This document shows positions 11,155 to 25,300 of a DNA stretch of 64,000 nt, one piece after another. The notes below the pieces were generated by a model. It was not told the DNA's origin. It did no database searches and saw nothing but the letters and a program-made list of their open reading frames with translations. Each line of letters begins with the position of its first letter. Position 1 is the stretch's first letter. Origin of the DNA: Stylophora pistillata (lineage: Eukaryota); assembly GCF_002571385.2 (NCBI RefSeq), contig NW_019217818.1, positions 401,594 through 465,593 of the forward strand, written 5' to 3'. The position numbers and the translations under genes are program-made.

Positions 11155-14100
11155 ATGGCGGCTATTGCTGAAATTTCAAGTCTTCAAGAGTGGGAAGAAG
11201 AATGGCAGCACTTGGAAGAGGAAACGCGGACGTTCAAGGTTATATCCATGTTATTTTTTTGTATATATCTTATTTAACATCGTAATGAGCGTGATGCCAT
11301 GATAGCGACGCCCACTCGAGCACTAAATGATCAAGGAAATAACTTCGTACGCGTGCATAATTGATTTTTTTGTTTCCACAGCATGCAGACAGAACATATT
11401 TACTAATTATTTTAATTTGCCTCTCATTGCTTGTCACATATTTACCATAGTTTTAATGTCGAATGATTTCTTGAGAAGAAGGCTTTTAATCATCTTAAGC
11501 TTAAGGGGCCGAGGATTGCAAATAATTGATCACATTTTGGTTATCAATCCCCGGCATTTCATTTGAAACCAAATCTTTTTTCAGCCCCTTTCCATATTAT
11601 TTTATAGAATAACTTCCTTCACAATAAAGATGACCCTCCATAGAAAACAGAAATTAATTTCGGTTTAGATAAATATAAAGCAAAGCTACGGAGTTAACAG
11701 CCTGTTCGATCTAAAAATATTCGTGGCAAGATTTCCTTATAACCCCATACTTCATTATGCATTCAATTTTCATTACTTCATTACGCATTATGCAATTTCA
11801 TTATGCAATTCATTATGCAATTTTCATTACTTCATTATGCATTCAATTTTTGGAGAAAGGAAAGCAGAGGCAAAACAACAGATTTCCTTTGGGACTACTG
11901 CTTTGTTTTTTATTGGTATAGAGTTATACGAAAATCTTTCCATATTTGTTGTTATGTGGAAAGTGAAAATATGACTGGGTATGTTCAATAATTTGCCAGG
12001 AAGAACATTACCTTGTTTTCAAATATCTGATTAAACAAAAACTGATTTTTTCTTGGTGATCTTCAGCAAACGAAGTTCCAGGACTATCAGCAAAAACTGG
12101 ACGAGTTTCATTCGAGTCAGAAATCCTGTGTCTCGGCTGTTAATCAACAGAAACGAAAACTTAGGGATTTTCAGGAATCACTGAAACGGTATGCCTTTCC
12201 TTTTTTTAAAGGAGCCTTGTCACATTTAAGCATTTTTTTCCTAGTAATATTAGTTAATCTGTACAATCCTTAAACTTTGATGTACCTTTTTGGCTCACTG
12301 GTACCTCTTTTAGGAGGCTTACACTTTTCCTTCCACTGAAATGTGCTTCACTCTGATGTTGAAAACAACTCTAAATTTTGTCAGACACAAGGTTTCATTT
12401 AAGCTTAACTAAGACCAAAATTAGTCTTTTTCCTTAATGTGTGTTTCAATAATTATTTCACAATATAATTTGTAAATATTTTTGTCCACTAGATAACATA
12501 TGAGCCAGGTATTTGAACTTTGTTGCCTTTTTTGCTTGCATGTAGGTTTAAGAGTGGATCCCTCACTGGTGAACAACAAGCTCAGTTTGCAAAACTTCAG
12601 ACAAAAATCTCAGACTTTGAAAGAAAAATTAAAGATTTTGAATTAAGTCTTCCTTCTCAAGCAGGGTAATATTTTTTTTATTTGATCCATCATTTATAGC
12701 AGGTGTTTTATCAATACGGAGGAGGTGCAATTTATTATATTTCATTGTTGGCTGAAAAACTTTTAAAATGTTACAGTTCTAGCATACTTATTTCATTTCA
12801 CTCCCAACCCCTTATAATCACCTTCTTTGAATAAGCCCCAACCTATAGGTAGATTGAGTTCCTAGGTGCCCATCCTCAAATAAGTGCCCCCCCCAAACTG
12901 TAAGAAAGGGAGAGCCCCCAAACAGTAAGAAAGGGAGATCCCCCCCTAACTGTAAGAAAGGGAGAGGGAAGGGGTTTGGCTTCAAGACAATACAGAATTT
13001 TTTTTTAGCGAGATTCTGTATTTGAGTTGTCAATTATGGAAGAAAGTGGTGTTGTTTATCATTTTTTATAATATCCCCTAATCTGTGGTCACCTGTCCAT
13101 TCCTGCAGTGGGTGACTGCTTCATACAGGTTCTACTGTAGTTCACAATAACCTGATCACGGCTTCAATCTGGACCTTTTGATCAAATGTCCATCTTACTA
13201 AACCAACAGTAAGCAGGTCTCCTAACTGTAAATTGACTGTACTATATATTCTCCTTCTTTAGTAATGAATTTCATTGCTTCATTCTTGGAAATTCTTGGA
13301 CATTCTTTTCTCCTTAGATTATTCCTTAAGCTGTGCTTGGGAAATATCAATGTCTCACTGTATAATTCACGGTGAGTTGTTAATGATTTGCATAACCTTG
13401 GGTTATTAGGATAGTTTTCAATACAATTTGACTTTTTGTGATCACCATTAATTTTTGGAGTATATGATAGCAAATAATTTTAGTTTTTTTTTTTCTTCAG
13501 GATGGCATACAAAGATGATTATGAGAAGTTTAAATTAAAGATGACAGTAATAAGCATGGTGTTTACCATATTAAACTTGTACATCTTTAATTACAGGTAT
13601 ACAACTTACCATACTCTTCAGAGAAAAGAAAGGCTTTCTCTATTTTTTTTGTGTATCCCAGTACTAGCAGCTTTTCTATACCTAAAAGTTCACTGGTAGT
13701 ATTTCATATCAATTTCCTACTTCAGAATGTTTATAGCATCTGTTGAAAACTTGGAGAAAATTTTGTATAAGTCTCACCAAATGAAGGTTATCTAAGAAAT
13801 ATCAAATTTTATGATATGGCAAGGTATTTCTGAAGGAATCCAAGCACTCTGGTTGGTTCTTATTTGGTTCATATTTTGCCATATGCACTATCACCATGGA
13901 AATGATCAAAAGCTGCACTAAAGCCTGCAAATTGAAAATAAATTAGTTTGGTCCAAGTTCCTTAGAATAAACTATTTATTAACCTTGCTTGCTTGAACTG
14001 TACCATAATGTGATTAGTGCAGGATAGCAGATGCCTTGTTCCATGCAATGTTATTGTGGTATTACAGTACATTAACCCTTCAAGAACATATTCTCATCGC

Positions 14101-17100
14101 TAATGGCTCACGGTATGAATCAAACAAAGTTTTACATGAATACTTTGTAAATTTTTTGTTATGAAGATATTCAATTCCTACAAACTTTTCCTTCTTGTTT
14201 GTTTTATTACTGACACTGTGAGTTTCAAATAATTTGGAAAAATAATAACAAAGGAATAAATTTACCCTTTTACCCCTAAGAGTGACCAGCATCTAATTTC
14301 TCCTTACAATATCACCCCTGAATCAAACATTAAGGTCACGAGAATTAAGGAAAGGATCATCAACAAAACAAGCTATTGATTGTTGAACAAATTCTCCTTG
14401 TTGGCTCCTTAGAAAATGTACAGACAACATTATAAGGAATATTCATACTGATTATAATAGGGTGAAGATGTGAATGAACTTTAAAGTATGTTTGGTTTTT
14501 CTTAACACAGGATAAAGGGCTGGTGGGTTGTGCATCATTATCTGTCCATCATTTTATCAGGATTTCTTCTTATATGGTGAGTTATTTCACTTTTTCCCAT
14601 TTTAAGTACGTAGTTTATTACACTAAAACAACAAAGTTGGACATTTAGATTTTAAGTTCACTGATCTTTACCATTTAAGAGATTTATTTTATGTTTATTT
14701 AGGCCAGATGGAAGGGTGTACCAAATTTTTAGGGGACAGTTCTTCCACTTTTCTCTATATCTTAGTAAGTATTGGATTATCATTTTGTTCATTCATAAAT
14801 AACAACACAGACTTATAGCTACAGCAGCAAAGGGGTGACCCTAAAATCTGGAATGGTGGAAAGGCGGAATGATGGAAAATGACCCCAAATCCTAAAACCC
14901 GGAATGGCAGAAAATGACCCCAAATCCAAAAACATGGAATGGCAGAAAATGACCCCAAATCCTAAAACACGGAACGGCGGAAAATGATCCCAAATCCTAA
15001 AACACAGCCGGATGACAGAGCATGTTGCACAAATTTTGTACAAAGACAGTCAAGTGCTTGGCCCATTCATTCCTACGACGATAATGCACGTGACCAAAAT
15101 TAGACTAGCGTGAGAGCAAGAGAGGTTTGCATGGGGTCATGCACGTGGGAATTTCTCATGGCCTGAGAAGACAAAAGAAAGTTAACAGAAGGAAGCCCTC
15201 AAGAAGAATTTGAAGAATTTCTCCACGACCAGGTGTCCAAAACACCACCATACTACTATGAAATTTGTGGCTTACATATCAGCAGAAGAAATAAACTTTC
15301 TGTACAGAAAAGAGGTTATTTCACTAATTCGTCTAATTTACATGGTGAGAATAGATTCTGTCGGTAGAACCCCACTAACTTGAACCTGCTGAACTCGAAA
15401 CCCCCCCTTACTCGGACTTCTTGAACAAAACCCAATTTCCCTTGGATTTGACCCCATTTTTTCCAGTCCTTTGCTAGCGGCAACTCCTAAAAGATGGAAC
15501 GGTGGAAAATTACCCTAAAGCCTTAAAGATGGAATTATAGGCAAGTCAAGGGATGAAGAGAGCCATATAAAAATCAAGCGTACCCACACTAATTTCCCCT
15601 TAGGAGGGTAACTTCCACAGATATTAAGTCAATACCAGAAAAAATTATCTTTGCTTGTAATAATGTGTAATATCATACTGTAGATGTTCAGTTTGTTTCT
15701 CATTCATTGCCTAACAATCAATTCCCAATAAATCAATCGAGGCATTGTACAATTTTCACCTTTAGTTAACTGCACATTCTAAGTCATTGTGCCTTTGTAA
15801 ATTCAGTTAACCTTTGAGAAAACTAAGTAGAAGACAAGCGATACAATATCTGAACTTCTTTGGTTTGAATTATTACTTAATCATCCATTAACTAATTTAT
15901 TGACCTCTCTTTTTTGAGTAAAATTGACCTTAAGCTTGTCCTGCAACTGTTTCCATGCCAATAATGGTAAACCATAACAATCCAAAGATCCATCTGAATT
16001 ACACTTCCCTTTCAGGAAGGGAAATTTAAGCGCCATAGAGTTGACAATTTGCAATTTGTTGAGGAACAATTTCGTCGTAGGATGGTGGTCTTTTGGATGC
16101 CTGATCATGAAGAAATTCTTCAAATTCTTCTTGACGGCTTCTTTCTGTTAACCTTCTTTTGTCTTCTCGTGCCATGAGAAATTCCAATGCGCAGGACCCC
16201 ATGCAAACCCCTCTTGCTCTCATGCTAGTCTAAGTTTGGTCACATGTGTTATTGTCGGGGGAATGAATCAGCCGAGTGCTTGACTGTCTTTGTACAAAAT
16301 TTGCACAACATGCCCTGTCATCCGTTCTATGCTTTAGGATTTGGGGTCATTTTCTGCCATTCTGTGTTTTGGGATTTGGTGTCATTTTCTGCCGTTCCAG
16401 ATTTTAGGATTTGGGGCCATTTTCCGCCGTTCCAGATTTTAGGATTTGGGGTCATTTTCCGCCGTTCTGGGTTTTAGAATTTGGGGTCATTTTCCACTGT
16501 TCCAGATTTTAGGATTTGGGGTCATTTTCCGTCATTCTGCCATTCTGCCTTTCCGCCGTTCCGGGTTTTAGGGTCACCCCAAAGTTATACCCCCAGTCTC
16601 CCTCCCTAAAAACATTTTGAAAATAGTTGTGCTATCCCATAAACTTTCCTTTTAAATAGGAACAATGCAGAGCACCTTGTAACATCTGTGAACAATTAGG
16701 GAACTTCAGAATTGCTGTATACTTAATTTCTCCTTTCAGATGGTTCTTTGCAAGAATTTTACCCTGATCTTACTTCTCCTTTGTCATTCAATGAAATACT
16801 CAGCATGATCATCATTCCATCATTGTGTTTCTAGGTTTTGTTCAACTTCTACAATTTAGATATCAGTCAAGAGCTCTGTATCGATTGCGATCACTGGGTG
16901 TCAGCAAAGACATGGATGTCACCAGAGGTTTGTGTAAATTTTAAAGCTCCATCTTTCTTATAGTTTCAGCTGTCTATCGCATTGAACTTTTAACTACCAG
17001 AAGTGATGAACATAGAACCTCTCCCTATCATATCCATCATTATCCACGAAAAAGGTAATGACGATATTCAAACTTATTTGGCAGAAGTTGTTACAAAGTA

Positions 17101-18781
17101 GGTATGTGTGGTGTATACAGGTCATTGGCAACTTTCGTGAAACAAATTATGTACTAAGAAGTGAATTATTTTTGCAGAGGGTTTCCATTCTTGGATGTGG
17201 AGAGGACTAGGGTTCATCATTCCCTTTCTTATTGTTGGCTATGTGAGTATGTTACCATGGCATCTTAGTCTTTGTTGGCTATGTGAGTATGTTACCATGA
17301 CATCATAGTCTTTGTTGGCTATGTGAGTATGTTACCATGACATCATAGTCTTTGTTGGCTATGTATGTTACCATGACATTATAGTCTTTGTTGTCTCATA
17401 TGTAACTTGATTAGTCAACAATTTGTTGAGTAAGTGGATGCAAATGTTTGGATATTCCATGAGAACCAGTGCCACAAATGTTGTATGTAGATTCATTTTA
17501 TGTTGTTTCCGTCTTTAATATTCTGTTATGTTTTAGTGCATTGAATCAGCTAGCATTTTGTGATTTATTTCAGTTTACCTTTAACTTTATATGGAATGGA
17601 AGTGATTAGAGTAAATGAGTGTGATAACAAGCATTTGATGGGCTGATCCAAAACATTATGATATTTCAACATAATTTACAGGGCAAATGATTTGTAATTT
17701 AATGCAAACTAGCAAATGTGTGTTATTCTATTCCCAGAAGATTCATCTTGCTTGTATACAGTTACAAATAGTTACCATGTTGCCTTGCATCTGTTTTCAG
17801 AAATAAATCATAGATGACATCAAAATCTGCTAAGAACTAGTCAGAGTGTGTCACAAATGTCTAATTACCATATTTTAATTTCTACTGTGATCCATCATTG
17901 TATGGACCTTATCAGCAACAATGGAACTATTTGTTTTATACAATAAAGTAGCAAAAAACTGTTGATGGTGACATCATCTATACCTCTGATAAATCATAAG
18001 TAAGAACAGTCAAACTGTTTGGAATTTACCTTATTATATAATTTGTACTGGCAGAAGCATGCTTATTTGGGGTGTATGCTATAACTTTTGAATCACACCA
18101 TATGGTTGTCTTTCCACAGTTATTTCAGTTGTTTAATGCTTACACTCTCTACCGATTGCATTTCCACCCTGACTGCACCGAGTGGCAGGTAAAGTTCCTG
18201 TGCCAGTTTGATGGAAGGATAAATCACTAATGTTGGGGAAAAAATGTATAAAATACATTTCTGTTCATGCACTATCTAATTTTTCAAGTTCAAAGGAGCA
18301 TTTTCATGATTCATGCATGCTTATCTACTCATACTAAACCACCTTTGCACCTTTTTCAAGTGTTTGTCTTTGTAAGAAAGCTACAAATATGAATTCAATT
18401 TTATGTTGCACAAATATCGCAACATAGGACTGCTTCCAGTGTAAAGCACCCTTCCTCCTACAATTTAAAGTAATCAGGACTATTAAGTGCAAAATACATG
18501 ACGGTGTCTGTTTTTTATCATCTCATGTCATGTCAGAAAAAAACTCCGAGGCTCATGAAGTACAAAAAATAAAAAACTCAAAAGTTAAGCATAACTTAGT
18601 TGATAGTATTCCATGACCATTTTGCTTTTGCAAATGTTAATCATTATTAATTCATTTTCAGGTTCTTGGCCTCAGTGTAGTATTTTTCATCCTGTTTGCT
18701 GGAAACATGACCACACTCTTGTTTGTTGTGAGGCAGAAATTTACAAAGACAGGGGTAGTTCCACAATTACCTTGCAGTTAA
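11155..18781 (+). CDS. TMEM120: Transmembrane protein 120 (TMEM120A/B, TACAN family), 12 exons
   Basis: Exons 11155-11238, 12067-12188, 12546-12665, 13318-13371, 13501-13596, 14023-14112, 14511-14576, 14703-14764, 16835-16927, 17178-17242, 18120-18188, 18662-18781; all GT-AG with consistent phases; motifs YKDDYEKFKL, ILIANGSRIKGWWVVHHY, EGFHSWMWRGL. Confidence 0.95.
11725..11941. mobile_element. MITE with ~25-bp TIRs (TMEM120 intron 1)
   Basis: GGCAAGATTTCCTTATAACCCCATAC ... GTATAGAGTTATACGAAAATCTTTCC; second copy at 46356-46489. Confidence 0.75.
14832..16580. mobile_element. Non-autonomous foldback-type DNA transposon with ~430-510-bp TIRs
   Basis: GGGGTGACCCTAAAA... at 14832 and its inverse ending at 16580; arms ~14832-15262 and ~16066-16580 contain 35-bp tandem repeats; AAA on both flanks. 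Confidence 0.85.
17232..17392 (+). repeat. 40-bp tandem repeat spanning the TMEM120 exon 10 donor site
   Basis: (ttgttggctatgtgagtatgttaccatg.catc.tagtct) x~4. Confidence 0.9.
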
Positions 18782-19332
18782 ATATAACCTCCTTTGCCAT
18801 CTGATAGAGGTGCCAGAGAGCCTTATTTTCAAGTCTTGTTGTTATCACTACAACAAATACAACAAGAATTGAGACCTGAATATAACTTAAGAGGCTCAGC
18901 GTTACTCAAAAGTGACTAATATATTAAGACAGGTTGATTTGGTTAAAGTAGACCTTTTTTAAGAGGAGCTCCTGTTGAAACTTTCATCAGTCAAGAACTG
19001 TCAAGACAATTTACTGATTTATTGACCTGAACAGAGATTTTATTTCTTTTCATCAGTTATCTATCTCATGCTCCCACTACCCACAACTCACTACAGAATA
19101 TTCATTTCTTTCTACCAGTTAGATTTTGGTCTTCTCTTTTCTCTCTTTCCTTTTACTGCCTGTGCAATATTGTAACATATTACAAGTTTGCAGTGAGTTA
19201 CTAGATTTTGTCTCATTATGCACCCTATTAACTCCATCTTTGGATCTAAACCTGTTCATTCAACAGCCTCATTTTGGCTCTTTCTAGAAAATCTCTCTTA
19301 ATAAATTATTTCAATTTTGAGTGAGAGAATGA

Positions 19333-19600
19333 TTAACAATTTTTCACTGAAGTGGAGGTGAATATACACCACTTTCACTGACACTGAGGTGAATAATTGT
19401 GGTAGTATATATATCACACACTTACCAAAAAGTTAGTTTATTTATTTTAAATACATATTTTGAAAAATGGTTTGAAATTAAACTCTTGATGTGCAATTTT
19501 CTCTCATTAGCCACTCAGGGGTGAATAATACTTGCTATTCACTTCTGAAGGAGCCAATCAGTGCACATAAAAAGCACTATTCACTTGTGTGGTATATACT
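19333..19600. mobile_element. Degenerate Crypton/Eulor-like hairpin element
   Basis: Imperfect palindrome 19333-19400, plus CCAATCAG...GTATATA at the other end. Confidence 0.45.
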
Positions 19601-20693
19601 GATTGTATTTATTAATAGACTGACTTGGCCAGCCATTTTTGACTGCTGTAAGCATCTAATGTTGGGGTTAAAGAATTGTACAAGGGTTATGGTATGTTTT
19701 GTTAAATGAAATACTACAGGATAGAGTAGCCTAGATTAGCAGATCAAATTTTTTCCACACAGATGATTTAATTTTCAGGAGGCCCAGTGCTATCACTGTT
19801 TGTCTTTTGTTTTGTTTAAGGTTATACAAATAACACAAAGACTAAGAATGTTCTAAACACCTGCAAATGGCATTGCATTATTTGAAGTACTTTTTAATTA
19901 AGTTTACGTATTACTATTTTATTACTGATAAGATTGCTTTTTATCATACACATACTTAAACTTGGTTTTTTGATAATATAATACTTAATATTTTGTGAAA
20001 TAGATCAGCATTCAACTATCACAGTCTTTATTACCATACTTGATTGTAAAATAGTGATATTTTATAATGTACATGTTAAAGGTACAGAAAGGATACAAAA
20101 AGCGATGACTTTTTTGTGTTAATTTTAGAATTTATATAGCGTCAGAACTCTTATGGAATCCTTAAAAAAAAATTTTTTTGTCACAACAAAAATTACCAAA
20201 ACAATCTATTCTACCAGACAAACAATCTATTCTACCAGAAATAAGTACCTCTGTACAGTGTTGGCTGTGTACAAAAGGCACATGGTTGGAAGCAATGAAA
20301 AATAATAAAAGGGAAATAGACAGCTCTCTTCATCATCACTGCCATTTTTATGTCTGTAACATGGCCAAAGGCTATGGGTTAGGGTCGAAATTGTTCCTCA
20401 TACTACATAACCACCCGTCATACATTATCTGGTGAATTGTAGATTTAAAAATAAAAAAATACAAATTGTGGAATGACAGCTCTTTTCAGAGAATGTTATA
20501 TCTTCTCTCAACTCTTCGAGTTCAACAAAAAGGCACTCTGCTGACCTATTTACTGCGTCACAAATACTTTGACTGGGCCCTAGTCAGTGGAACAACTGTG
20601 TCCCTCCAAGTAATCCTCTTCCTTACCTCCATTCCAAACATTTAAACTTTACCTGACATCCTAGATACCTAGTATTAAAAACTATCTGCAACA

Positions 20694-21195
20694 TTATAAA
20701 TTTGTGTAGGTAATTGCATGGGGCTGAATAAAATTATAGATTAATATCACATGTGTTTTCAGAAGTTGCTGAAATTGCATGACAAGGGCAATTTCAGCAA
20801 CTTCTGAAAATGCGAGTAATATTAATCCTTAATTTTACGAGGACCCATTGCGATTGCTTGTTAATGAAATAGAGGGAAAAAGTACTGAATTTCTGAATGC
20901 ACCCTTGAGTAATCAGTCACAGGAAGCCATTTAATGTTGACAAAGAGTCAATCACCACAAACATGCTAACGAGCTGAATGAAATTTTATTTTTGCACAAA
21001 CATAGCAGGATATTGAAAACCAGGCCTGCTAACAAACTTTCAACTTTGAAAATATAAAGTTAGTACTTTTTCAAACAAAGTTAAAGCATTCAAAATCATG
21101 AGCAAGTAATTTTGCCCTCTACACAAGCAAAATTAAGAAAAAAATACCCTCTTCATTGACCAATCAGCATTCAGTAATTTTGCCCTCTATGTTAA
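20694..21195. mobile_element. Crypton/Eulor-like hairpin element
   Basis: Palindrome TTTTCAGAAGTTGCTGAAATTGC...GCAATTTCAGCAACTTCTGAAAA near 20756-20810; CCAATCAG near the far end. Confidence 0.55.
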
Positions 21196-21393
21196 GCTGT
21201 AATGACTTGCAAAAAGACAGAGCTTAAGAAGCAAAGTACCTGTCAACCCTTTGATCCCTAAGACTGATGGACATCAAATTTTTCCCTACAATATCACCCC
21301 TGAATCAATCATTGAGGTCACAAGAATTAAGGGATTGATCCCTTACGAAAAAGAGCTCATGATATTTTTCAAAAATTCTTCCTGTGACTGAGC

Positions 21394-21946
21394 TCCTGCA
21401 CTTTTTCAGGAACCCATTTCAAGGACTTTCAAGGACTATTTGGGTCATTTTCAAGGACCTTTTACATTAAATAGGAGCAGCTGAAAAGTCCAATGAGCAT
21501 GACTTCACTTCAAGCATGAACATCAGAGTGATCATGTGCAAGGTAACCAAGGTTTTTTCAATGCACCAATCAGGTAAAAAAAAAAGCCCTTCACTCTGAC
21601 AAAGGGCTAACGCTCGAAACGTCAGCTTTTGTAATCGTTACAGTGGCCAATTTACCACTTCAACTTTGTTGATATATCCAAATTATAAATAAATCATGTG
21701 TCAAACATCATAATTGGATGCAGGATTTGAAAGGAAAACTCATTTTCGCTATTTTTGCTAGAAACTTACACTTTCAACATCAAAAACAAAAGAGAACTTC
21801 AACCTTGATTCATGTGCACTTATTTTCAAGGACTTTTCAGAAATTTTCAAGGACCCGAGTCTAAATTCAAGGGTTTTCAAGTCCTTGAAAACAAAAAAAT
21901 TAAATTCAAGGACTTTCTAGGACTTTCAAGAAGTACAGGTACCCTG
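21394..21946. mobile_element. hAT-like MITE with TTCAAGGAC subterminal repeats, nested in a piggyBac-like MITE
   Basis: Multiple TTCAAGGAC motifs; ends ...ACCCTG; splits the TTAACCCT-family MITE (21245-21385 and 21947-22015). Confidence 0.55.
21593..21687 (+). mobile_element. Penelope pLTR fragment with hammerhead (G8A core)
   Basis: ACT-CTGACAA-A-GGGCTAACGCTC-GAAAC-GTC-AGC followed by pLTR sequence. Confidence 0.8.
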
Positions 21947-22350
21947 CTGTCAGCATCATAAGAAATGTATATAGAACAGTATAAAAAACCTGTACACTGA
22001 TGTTAAGGTGGAGGGTCGATAATTCACATCATTTTGTGCAGATAAGTCACCAGTGATAGCTTCAAAAAGAAACTGACACCAAGTTTATTGAAGAGTCTGG
22101 TAACAGCAAATTGCCTTTAGTTAACATAAATAATGCATAATTTTTCACACATAAAAATATGTAACAATCTTTATGTGCATCAGCGTCATGGCATAAAAGT
22201 TATGGCATTCAAAATACCAAGTTAAATGTTCATTATTGACTTATGGAATACAGAGTGGGAGTGGCAGTCACTATGACAAAACCAGAGAAAATAACCTAAT
22301 AAAAGTAATCTGTCCATGAAATTTTGTTTTAATATGGGATTTCCAGGGTT

Positions 22351-25300
22351 CTATTTCTTGTGGCTGTGATCCAGTTGATGAGAGATACCAAGTTGTCGTG
22401 AAATATGAATCAATCCTTCCATTACACTATCCACCAGTCTGAAAGACAGAAAGAAGGCTATAGTAAGAAAATTGGAATGTTTCACACCAATGCCTTGAGT
22501 ATTATGGTTTTACGGGTAAGCACCAAGTGAAAAATAAAAGACAATTTTAGTTGTTGAAAATTGTCATTTTAAAATTATACTTTTTCTGAGGTAGACAAAC
22601 AAGGTCAGAAACAAGTCATAAGTCAGAGAGAGAAGGATGGTTAACCATTCCACTCCCAGAGATTAACATGTAACTTCTGCTTGTAATATCCATACATTGT
22701 CCAGCAAACAGGTAATGAGAATATTCAAACATATCAGGCAAAAGTTTCTATCTTGATCTAACACTAAATTCTCATGACTGGTTTAAAAGGAAATGTGTAG
22801 CAGCTAGAACGGAGAATTAACAATCAGACCTTGGGAGTTAAAGGGCTCACTCAAGATGTGCAAGATTGATGCAGACTGGTTATGGCAGACTGGACATAAT
22901 TTTCCGAGGTCAAACAAAATGGCTACTTACATGTAAATCTTTAATTAAATTTAGTTATCTACTGATGTGACCCACCTGTCTATAGGTTTGATAATAAAGG
23001 GTATTGCAGTGAGTCCCACAATAGTGGTCATCCACATTTGGGTACTAGGAGGCACTCCTCTCGCATATCTGTTAAGTGTGAACCTAGATGCTGCACAAAT
23101 TCTGTTGATTGTAAACCCTGGGATAATCACTGAAGCCAACCCCTGCCATATGGCTGCCTCTACCATGGTTTCAACAGCTTTGCGTTTCTTGAGGTAGCTG
23201 GACAGATGGGTGCTTTCCTGGTAGCATCGCCTCCCTTTGTCAATGGAGTCTGCCAGGCAGTAGGTGGAGGCAACTCCATAGCTACCGAGGTACATTAACC
23301 GAGGGATGTGGGTACGGAATGCCTCACCAAATTCATTGGCATATCCTGACGGTTATTAAGTACATATTTTAATCAAAATGTCTTTAAGTTTTAAGCAATG
23401 ATTATTAAAGGTTAAGGTCATATTTGGTTTATAAGTAGTCTTGCTGGTCAGTAGTCTTAATCATTTTCACCCTAACATTAGCATGAAAAGGAGAGCTCTT
23501 TGATCACCAACAAATCAGACCATTTTTATTATAATTATTGATACTTTTTTAACTTTTTTCTCTTTTTCACAGATAGTATATTAAGTCTTCTTTAAGAAGT
23601 AAACATTGTAAATTAGTAATGCAAGTCCACATCAGCCGATGGCTGCCAGTTTTTTAACCTGTNNNNNNNNNNNNNNNNNNNNNNNNNNNNNNNNNNNNNN
23701 NNNNNNNNNNNNNNNNNNNNNNNNNNNNNNNNNNNNNNNNNNNNNNNNNNNNNNNNNNNNNNNNNNNNNNNNNNNNNNNNNNNNNNNNNNNNNNTGTAGG
23801 TATATATGTATGTAGCTAGGTAGGTATGTAGGTATGTATGTATGTAGGTATGTATTTATATTTTCCACACTGTTCTCTTTCCATTTCCTATGATATTGAC
23901 AATAGGTGTCTTAAATTGGTGATCATTTCCTTTATTCTCATGACCTTAACATTTGATTAGAGGGTTATGCTGTAAGGAGAAATTAGATGCCAGTCACTCT
24001 TAGGGGTATATAGTTTACCCTTCAATCTAATTTTCCTGACAATATCACCCCTGAATCAACTGTTAAGCTGACAAGAATAAAGGAAATGATCACCAACTAA
24101 AGAAGCTCTTGATTGTTTCACAACTTCTCCTTGTCAGTACCTTAGGAAATGTATAAAGAACATTATGGAGAATATGGACACTGATGTTAGGGTGTAAAGG
24201 GTTAAGATTGATATATTCCTACTGAATAATATTAAAAGAAAATTTTACACCTGGTTAAACTTGGAGCTTTCAATAAAATTATTAGTCTTAGAGCTAATAA
24301 CATCACCTTAGGAAGGGATAGCCTGGGTTGCAAACACAAGGTGGGAAGGGGAAGGAGAGTGCAAGAAGAATGATAGGCTTAGAGATGTATGGCTAACAAA
24401 AATTAATGTCTGCAGAGGATGGCTGTAATATCTCTGGAACCCTGTGACAACTTTTTTTTCACCAAATTTTCAAGGAACACACATAATTTACAGAATGATA
24501 CAAATAAACAGTGATTGTGAAAATAAAGTTTTAAGCTAAATTCAACTTACAATGAGGAAATTATGAAAAAAAGACACTTTTCTTTTATTTCAATTTCAAA
24601 ATAAACCTGCTCTGAAAAATCTTTAAAAACAAAAATTAAATTTAAACCACACCTCAGACACTCAAAAGTGAAAACAAGCCTAGCATATCTTTTAATACAA
24701 GTCAAACATGTTTCGCATATAAAATTTTAGGGCTAGCAAGCTGAATTCACCCATTTTCCTTTCAAAACTGACTTTATTTAAGTCAACACAATGTAGAGTA
24801 ATGTTACATTGACAACAGAAAAACTTGTTTAGTTGAGCCAGGTTTAACAGAGTAAAATTCAGCAACAGAAAACAGAAAAACTAAATTTTACATAAGGTTC
24901 AGGTAATCATTAAATTGCATTTTCATTGAAATTTGAAAGCTGACAAACATCGTCTTAGAATCTTCTATCAAGAAAACAATTTCTAACCACATTTAACAAA
25001 AGCTATTTTAGCTTTAGTGTGGATGGAGTACAAATACAGTGGAAAATCAATTCAATCTTCTTCTATGATCTTCAAGAGGTGACCATTGACTAACAAAATG
25101 CATTTGACTTCTAATAACCACCATCTCAAGTGGCTGCCTCTGGTATTTTCATAAGGCCAATCCTATTTTTGCAGCCTAATGAGGTCAAAAGCTACCATTA
25201 TGGTAATGGAAGGTGAACTTGTCACTTATCAAAATAAAATCTACCTAATTCACTCAATACACAAGAATTAACCCTTGTGTAATTTCATGCTCTAGTTAGC

